A DNA stretch of 64,000 bases from Thermoproteota archaeon (lineage in GTDB: Archaea; Korarchaeota; Korarchaeia; Korarchaeales; Korarchaeaceae): assembly GCA_027492205.1 (NCBI GenBank), contig JAOZFN010000007.1, positions 1 through 64,000 on the forward strand. Reading direction: 5' to 3'. Below the pieces are notes generated by a model. It was not told the DNA's origin and ran no database searches. It was given only the letters and a program-made list of their open reading frames with translations. A program made the position numbers and the translations under genes. Positions 57,940-64,000 of this stretch are shown one piece after another (position 1 is the first letter of the stretch; each line of letters starts with the position of its first letter).

Positions 57940-59287
57940 CTGATCCAGCAGTCTTCGAGAGGGCTGAGTCCATCGCCTCAGCCAGCGCTAGGAGTTCCGC
58001 ATCGTAAGGCAGGGCGGTCTCCACTGCTCGGTCGACCCGCAACGAGCAGATCCCCCGAGCTGGCGCCTGGGGGCTGAGGTTGAACTCTTCGGAGTACAGG
58101 CTCACGACGACGTTACCCCTCCTGAACACCAGTTCGACGCTCGCCCCGGTCGTCACCACCTCTCCCGTCTCCGGGTCCTTAAAGGTGCTTCTGGGGTCAC
58201 GCAGGATCACGGCCTCACTGCCTAGACCCCTCAGCTCCTCTACGTACTCAGACCCGCGTTGGTGGAGGGAGAGCATCCACCTGGAGGCTCGCCCTTCGTC
58301 GGAGAGTATCCACATCGACGCGAAGACCACGCGAGGCCTGCCCTCCGCCATGGAGATCAGGGTCGCCCTCCACGCCCACGCTGGCCTCGGGTCACCCGTG
58401 AGGCCGACTTGGACATCCCAAAGCATCCCCTCCGACGTCCAACACATCCCCCAACCCAACAGGGCTGCCTGCCTCAGGAACCCGCAACGAGCTGCCTTGC
58501 CCCCCTCTATCCCGATGGGCTCGGGTCTGAAGACGGATCTGGGGTCCTCGCCTGGCGCAACCTCCACGGGCCTAGTCGCCCTGGCCGTGAGGTTGGTGAG
58601 CAGATCTATCACTACAACCACAAGTGTGTAGTTGCCGGGTTGGAGGTCGGGCACCAGGAACCAGCCCCACCTTCGCCAGCTCCACGTTGTGAAGTCGTAC
58701 CCGGGAGAGTAATCCACCCAGGAGCCCTCAAACAAGGGAGGGCGGGCGTCCAACCTCCAGACCTCCCTCCCGTCGCCGTCCGTGAGTCTTAGGGTGTAGC
58801 CGATCTGCCCGACGATCACATCTACACCTCTCCCCAGGGCCCCGACTTCCCCACCGTCCATCAGCTCGTCCTCGGTACGGGGGTGGAGGCGTACGTGAAA
58901 CCTCGCCACCTCGATATCGCGGTCCCCTGGATAGCAGGTCTCAAATCCTCCCCCCGACATTTTGACTACAGCCCTCGAATCCAAGCCGAGGGACTCCCCG
59001 ATCTCTGAGTTGTTCAGCTTTCCCCACAGCTTTACGGAGACGTACGCTGGCCATCCCGTCTTGAACACTTGCGAGAGGGCCAAGTCCTCGATCCTCAGAT
59101 CCACCAGCGCCCCAACGGTGCGGCCGTCGGGCAGCCTGCCGCACAATTTCCCAGCCAAATACCCCTGCACAGGAGCCGTGGGTGGCCCGACGAGCCTCAG
59201 ATCGCCTTGAGACAGAAGGTAGCCCAAAGTCATCGCTAGCAGCATCGCCCCAGCGGCGGCCCTCCAGGGCTCTAGCGCGGCCATCAA
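57932..59287 (-). CDS. Exported hypothetical protein
   Basis: N-terminal hydrophobic helix; PGNYTLVVVVIDL Ig-like strand; overlaps the TM-HTH gene start. Confidence 0.6.
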   Translation of the reverse strand: MMAALEPWRAAAGAMLLAMTLGYLLSQGDLRLVGPPTAPVQGYLAGKLCGRLPDGRTVGALVDLRIEDLALSQVFKTGWPAYVSVKLWGKLNNSEIGESLGLDSRAVVKMSGGGFETCYPGDRDIEVARFHVRLHPRTEDELMDGGEVGALGRGVDVIVGQIGYTLRLTDGDGREVWRLDARPPLFEGSWVDYSPGYDFTTWSWRRWGWFLVPDLQPGNYTLVVVVIDLLTNLTARATRPVEVAPGEDPRSVFRPEPIGIEGGKAARCGFLRQAALLGWGMCWTSEGMLWDVQVGLTGDPRPAWAWRATLISMAEGRPRVVFASMWILSDEGRASRWMLSLHQRGSEYVEELRGLGSEAVILRDPRSTFKDPETGEVVTTGASVELVFRRGNVVVSLYSEEFNLSPQAPARGICSLRVDRAVETALPYDAELLALAEAMDSALSKTAGSGG

Positions 59288-59488
59288 GCCGACGAAATGG
59301 CGAAACGACCTTTATACCTCGCTTCACCCTAGCGAAACCGAGGTTTCTTTGGCCTCACCATGCCGAGAGGTCCGAGGACGACGATGACGAGGGACGCGAA
59401 CCAAGCGAGCCTTTTCGAGCGGGTCGTGGGGGCGGTCTATCTGCCTGGTGAAACGTTTTTTGCGGGCGGAAGACCCGCCCGATCAAGG

Positions 59489-59788
59489 ATGCCCGAGTTC
59501 CCCGAAGAAGTGTTGACCGTCTCCAAAAAGGGTAGGGTGGAGGTGAGAGCCCTAGTCAGGAGGGGTAAGTTTGCCCTGATTGAGTATCTGGACCCGGAGA
59601 CCATGGAGAGGACGGAGGACAAGTACAAGCTCGTGCTCATCGGAGACGACGGGGTGGTGGAAGAGTACTTCATTCTCCCCCTGAAGCAAGCCAACAGGCG
59701 CCTAATGGTTATTCCAAGGGAGAAAAAGGGGGATAAGCTCATGGTGTGGAACCGCGAGGCCCAGAGGGCCGAGCCAATGTTCCCATGA
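59489..59788 (+). CDS. Hypothetical protein
   Basis: ~99 aa beta-rich ORF with host codon usage; start inferred. Confidence 0.6.
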   Translation: MPEFPEEVLTVSKKGRVEVRALVRRGKFALIEYLDPETMERTEDKYKLVLIGDDGVVEEYFILPLKQANRRLMVIPREKKGDKLMVWNREAQRAEPMFP

Positions 59789-59876
59789 GATCTTTGGACA
59801 TTGAGGGCAGTCTCTACGCGATTAGTGTGAATGTTTTAAACAAATTGGCGGCGCGCCCATCCCCGGGGGTCTTGGG

Positions 59877-60695
59877 CTGAAGAGGAAGGCTATAGAGATC
59901 TCCACGCTCTCAGTAGTCACCGCCCGACCTGAAGACGCTATTCTGAAGGCAGCCAAGGTGATGACGAGGGGGTGGTTCCGGCGCCTGCCGGTGCTGGAGG
60001 AGGGCCGAGTGATCGGGCTCGTGACGGCCAGAGACGTGTTGAAGGCCATCTCGGAGGCCATCAGACCGGACGCAGGTCGCTCCTGCGTAATAGAGGCCCT
60101 TAGAAAACCCCTAAGGAGCGTCCTCCACGCCCCTCCCGCCGTCGTCGACCCCTATGCCCCGATAAAGGATGTGCTGGAGACCGTGCTGTCGACCGACGCG
60201 GGAGCCGCGCTGGTGGTTGACGAGAGTGGAAGGCTGCTAGGCATAGTTACCGAGAGGGACCTCCTCAACGCCCTAAAAGACTCTGTAGAGGTCCGGGAGA
60301 GCGTCGAAGAGATCATGACCCGGGATGTGAGAACCCTGAAGCCCGGCGACCCGGTTTACATGGCCGTCAGGGGCATGGTCGAGGGCGGGTTCAGGAGGTA
60401 CCCCGTGGTGGACGAGGGCGGCAAACTCCTCGGCATAGTGACGGCGCGGGATCTCGTGGCCCTGGCTTCGGGGTGCGAGGAGGATGTCTCGGCCGCCGAC
60501 TCCTTCTTTGGTCCTGTGGAGAGGGTCATGACCAAGAATCCTCTGACCGTGAGCCCCCAGTTCGGGGTGATGGCCGCCGTCAGGAGGACCACCGAGGCCG
60601 GGGTAGGCGCGCTACCGGTGGTGACGGCGGGGCGGCTCGTCGGCATAGTGACTGAGATGGACCTCCTGAGGGCGATAGCCAAGCACCTCGAGTAG
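59877..60695 (+). CDS. Four-CBS-domain protein
   Basis: Repeated LPV..G.LxGIVT.RD motifs; first CBS domain extends upstream of the GTG to a CTG at 59877. Confidence 0.85.
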   Translation: MKRKAIEISTLSVVTARPEDAILKAAKVMTRGWFRRLPVLEEGRVIGLVTARDVLKAISEAIRPDAGRSCVIEALRKPLRSVLHAPPAVVDPYAPIKDVLETVLSTDAGAALVVDESGRLLGIVTERDLLNALKDSVEVRESVEEIMTRDVRTLKPGDPVYMAVRGMVEGGFRRYPVVDEGGKLLGIVTARDLVALASGCEEDVSAADSFFGPVERVMTKNPLTVSPQFGVMAAVRRTTEAGVGALPVVTAGRLVGIVTEMDLLRAIAKHLE

Positions 60696-60720
60696 CCTCG
60701 CGCCCCAGCGCGTGGGTCGG

Positions 60721-61878
60721 CTACCCCACCACCGCCGTTTCACCCTCGAACGCGCCTTTCTCAAATCTATCAGGCGAGAACGGCTCCAATGGGAGGTCAA
60801 GGGGTTCCCCTGCTATGAGCTGGGCCACCAGGTGGGCTGTGGCCGGGCCCATCATGAATCCGTGCCCGCTGAAGCCGTTGACCTGTATGAAGCCCTCAAC
60901 GCCCCTCACGGGACCCGTGATCTGACGCGCGTCCGGGGTGACGTCGTACAGACCCGCCCACTGTCTGACGACCCTCACCCCCCTCAGCGGCGGGATGTAC
61001 TTGGCCAGGAGTCTCGCCATGGTGATCAGGAACCTAGGGCTGGACTCGAAGTTGTATCCCGGCTTCTCGTTGGGGTCTCCCCAGCCACCGATTATCCCGC
61101 CCCGGGAGGACTGTCTGAAGTAGACGTTGTCGTGGAAGGAGATCACCATGGGCCTCAGGAAGGGCTTGACTGGTTCGGTGACCAGTATCTCGTGCCTGTA
61201 GGGCCTGTTGGGCAGGCTGACCCCAGCCGTCTCGGCGACCAGCCTTGACCAGGCTCCGGCCGCGTTGACGACCCACTCCGCCCTGACTACTCCCCTGGAG
61301 GTCTTGACGCCCCTAGCCTGGCCGTCCTCCACGATTACCCTCTCCACCTCCGTGAAGGTGAATATCTCGGCCCCCAGCCTCTCGGCGGCCCTCGCATAGC
61401 CGAACGTGACCTTGAAGGGATCCGCGTACCCGTCTGTCGGATTCCAGGCCGCCCCAAGGGCCCCTATACCCTCGACGTCCAGCTCGGGCACTATCTCCCG
61501 AATTTCCCCGGGCTCCAGCCACCTGACGGGGAGGCCGAGTGACCTCTGCATCCTCATGTTCCTCTCGAAGTCCTCGACCTCCCGCTCGGTCTTCGCCAGG
61601 ATCAAGTACCCGCCCTGCCTATATCCGGTCTCAACGCCCAGCTCCTGGTTGAGGTTCTTGTAGATCTCGACGCTCTTCATCGCCAGTCTGACGTGATCCT
61701 CGGTGGACCACTGCTGCCTTATCCCGCCCGGACAGCGGCCCGTCGCCCCCGAGGTTATGTAGGAGCGGTCGAAGACCGCAACGCTCAGTCCCCTGCTGGC
61801 GAGGTAGTAGGCGGTCGCGCAGCCGATTATCCCCGCCCCAATCACGGCGACGTCGTAACTCTCCCTCGGCCGCCTCAC
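60721..61878 (-). CDS. pdhB: L-proline dehydrogenase beta-like FAD subunit
   Basis: VIGAGIIG, SGATGRCPGGIRQQ, RQWAGLYDVTPD, GFSGHGFM. Confidence 0.85.
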   Translation of the reverse strand: MRRPRESYDVAVIGAGIIGCATAYYLASRGLSVAVFDRSYITSGATGRCPGGIRQQWSTEDHVRLAMKSVEIYKNLNQELGVETGYRQGGYLILAKTEREVEDFERNMRMQRSLGLPVRWLEPGEIREIVPELDVEGIGALGAAWNPTDGYADPFKVTFGYARAAERLGAEIFTFTEVERVIVEDGQARGVKTSRGVVRAEWVVNAAGAWSRLVAETAGVSLPNRPYRHEILVTEPVKPFLRPMVISFHDNVYFRQSSRGGIIGGWGDPNEKPGYNFESSPRFLITMARLLAKYIPPLRGVRVVRQWAGLYDVTPDARQITGPVRGVEGFIQVNGFSGHGFMMGPATAHLVAQLIAGEPLDLPLEPFSPDRFEKGAFEGETAVVG

Positions 61879-62216
61879 GGATCACCCCCTCCCTCGGGCT
61901 CGCGCCCTCCGGGCTCAAGCAGGGCCAGGTGTCCAATGGGGACGGGCACTATGGGGGGCCTGACCCTCGGGAGCTCTCGCATGACCTCTGAGGCGGGGAC
62001 CCCCAGCTCCCTCGCCAAGACCCCGGCGGCCAGCCTCAGGCAGGTCCTCCCCTGGCACGGCCCCATCCCGATCCTCAGTATTCGCTTCAGCTCGTCGAGC
62101 GTCCTGGCGCCGTGGACCCTGATCGCCTCCAGGACCTCAGCCATCGTAACATCCTCGCACCTGCATATCGTCACCTCGTCCTCGCCCGCCAACCCACCAT
62201 CACCCCCCCGTCCCAT
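61875..62216 (-). CDS. BFD-like [2Fe-2S] subunit (PdhX-like)
   Basis: ICRCEDVT, GMGPCQGRTC, RPP. Confidence 0.85.
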   Translation of the reverse strand: MGRGGDGGLAGEDEVTICRCEDVTMAEVLEAIRVHGARTLDELKRILRIGMGPCQGRTCLRLAAGVLARELGVPASEVMRELPRVRPPIVPVPIGHLALLEPGGREPEGGGDP

Positions 62217-62685
62217 CCTCCGGCGGGAGGATTGCCCGCACGCTGTGGGCCAGCCCCCTGGGTACTCTGATCGTGACCATGGAGGTCCTGTCCTTCGACG
62301 TCACCGCCCTAACCACCTCGGCCGTCGCCACCCTCCTGCCCACCCTGTCCAGAGCCCAGACGACCTCCCCCCTCTTGGGGACAGGGAGGAACTCGTACGG
62401 GACGGACACCTCGGCCCACTCCCCGTCGAGCTTCACCATGAAGATCGCCAGCCCGGGGCAGGCCAGCACGCAGGTCCCGCACCCGATGCACGCGTCCCAG
62501 TCGCACCTCGGCGGAGTCGTGATGGCGGGCTTGATGACCGCCTTGACGGGGCACACCCACCTGCAGGTGTCGCATGGGATCTCCTCGTGGCACTCTATGA
62601 CCGCGACGGCTCTTCCCTCGGCCTTCTCGTCCGGCGGGAGGAGCTCGGCCAGCACATCCTCCGGAATGACGCCGGGCTCGCTCAT
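62200..62685 (-). CDS. [4Fe-4S] ferredoxin subunit (PdhF-like)
   Basis: ECHEEIPCDTCRWVCP, CIGCGTCVLACPGLAI, PYEFLP. Confidence 0.85.
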   Translation of the reverse strand: MSEPGVIPEDVLAELLPPDEKAEGRAVAVIECHEEIPCDTCRWVCPVKAVIKPAITTPPRCDWDACIGCGTCVLACPGLAIFMVKLDGEWAEVSVPYEFLPVPKRGEVVWALDRVGRRVATAEVVRAVTSKDRTSMVTIRVPRGLAHSVRAILPPEDGTGG

Positions 62686-64000
62686 CCGATCACCTCCCTG
62701 GCCCTCTCCCACACCCTCTGCTTGCCTCTCACGACCTTCGCGCTGAACGGGCCGCTCCTGAACGACTCGAGCTGGCGAAGGGCCTCCTTGATCACCCCCT
62801 CGGCCCTGTCCGGCCTCAGTCCCAGCTCGGCGGCGGCGTGCGCGCCCGCCACCCTCCCCTCCAGCATGGCCGTCGTCGCCTCCTCTATCCCTGAGGAGTC
62901 TCCAGCCACGTACATACCCTCCACGGAGGTTCTGAGGTAAGGGTCGTGTATCGGGACGGGCCCTCCCAGCTCCGGCACGTAGTCCCACGCGGCCCCAGCC
63001 TGCCGGGGTATCTCCGTGGAGGGCGTGAGTCCCACCGCCAGCACGATCATGTCCACGTCGAAACTCTCCTCGGTGCCCTCGATGGGCCTGAAATTCTCGT
63101 CCACCCGGACTATCTCCGCCCCCTCCACCCTCTCCCTCCCGACCGCCCTCCTGAGGGTATGCCTCAGGAGAATGGGGACCCCCATCCTCCTGACCTTGGC
63201 GGCGTGCACCGCGTAGCCCCCGATCTTCGGCATTATCTCCACGATCGCCTTGACGTCAACCCCAGCCTGGAGGAGCTGGTAGGCCAGTATGAGTCCCACG
63301 TTTCCGGCGCCCACGATCAGGGCGCTCTCCCCGGGCACCACCCCGAAGACGTGCATGAGCGTCTGCAGCCCGCCGGCCCCCATCACCCCCGGCAGGTCGT
63401 TGTTCGGGAAGGGGATCATGTTCTCCATGGCCCCGGTGGAGACCACCACTGCGTCCGCCCTGATCCTCCAGGGCCCCTCGGGAGTGCTCACCACGACGTC
63501 GTGCGATCTACCCGAGTAATCGGCGATGACGGTCGCCCGGGTGAGCCATGTGGCGCTTAGCCCGTCTAGCTCCCTGAGGAGGATCCTCGCTATCTCTATT
63601 CCCCTCACGCCGGCGTAGTTCTCCCTCGACCCGAAGAACTTGTGAGTCTGCTTGATCAGCTGCCCGCCGGGCCTCACGTTCTCGTCTGCAATGGCCACCC
63701 TGGCCCCGAGCCTGGACGCCTCTATGGCGGCAGACAGCCCCGCGGGTCCACCGCCTATCACCAGGAGGTCGACGTCCAGCTCGCCAGCCTTGGCCTCGGG
63801 AGGGGGGGCCTCTGGGAGTTCGCCTAGGGGGCGCTGCCTCCAGACCTCCACGCCGTCCCTCACGGGTGTGATGCACGTCCTGACGTTTGGAACGCCATCC
63901 ACGGTCATCAGGCAGGAGGAGCACTTCCCGATTCCGCAGAAGAACCCTCTTGGTCTCCGCCTCTTTGGGCTCCAGCCCAGGGTGAGGACGCCCTCTGCCA
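62682..64000 (-). CDS. pdhA: L-proline dehydrogenase alpha-like subunit (5' partial)
   Basis: RGFFCGIGKCSSCLMTVDG..RTC 2Fe-2S, IGGGPAGL, VGAGNVG, VAGD; runs off the window. Confidence 0.85.
   Translation of the reverse strand, partial: AEGVLTLGWSPKRRRPRGFFCGIGKCSSCLMTVDGVPNVRTCITPVRDGVEVWRQRPLGELPEAPPPEAKAGELDVDLLVIGGGPAGLSAAIEASRLGARVAIADENVRPGGQLIKQTHKFFGSRENYAGVRGIEIARILLRELDGLSATWLTRATVIADYSGRSHDVVVSTPEGPWRIRADAVVVSTGAMENMIPFPNNDLPGVMGAGGLQTLMHVFGVVPGESALIVGAGNVGLILAYQLLQAGVDVKAIVEIMPKIGGYAVHAAKVRRMGVPILLRHTLRRAVGRERVEGAEIVRVDENFRPIEGTEESFDVDMIVLAVGLTPSTEIPRQAGAAWDYVPELGGPVPIHDPYLRTSVEGMYVAGDSSGIEEATTAMLEGRVAGAHAAAELGLRPDRAEGVIKEALRQLESFRSGPFSAKVVRGKQRVWERAREVIG

Noticed and set aside
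1-64000. CRISPR arrays, rRNA genes, intact IS elements or integrases
   Set aside because: No regularly spaced repeats, rRNA signatures, transposase or intact recombinase seen

Overview
GC-rich window from a probably thermophilic archaeon (TACK-like: leaderless TATA promoters, BHB-intron tRNA, crenarchaeal-type NuoD). Contents in order: a tungsten aldehyde:ferredoxin oxidoreductase; a ~4 kb decaying accessory islet (MNT-HEPN and VapBC toxin-antitoxin pairs plus remnants of a methyltransferase, an archaeal ATPase and homoserine dehydrogenase); an 11-subunit complex I-like operon without NuoEFG (A-B-C-D-H-I-J-K-M-L-N); and housekeeping or metabolic genes (ahcY, adk, Lon-like and rhomboid proteases, GGR, Trm5, TatD, TtuA-like, Tsr3, polyprenyl synthase, UbiE, B12 radical SAM, LarA, MtaD, two nucleoside phosphorylases, pdhAFXB). 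Main findings: (1) a divergent gene pair, CofE-like ligase plus an 8-TM protein with an inactive KaiC/DUF835-like domain, occurs twice in inverted orientation, with a KaiC-ATPase deletion remnant between the copies; (2) a tRNA-Trp has two introns that seem to share one box C/D guide for Cm34; (3) an orphan CARF-wHTH regulator sits directly upstream of adk; (4) a LysW-like acidic zinc-ribbon protein lacks the EDWGE tail. All calls come from reading motifs by eye; no database searches were run.
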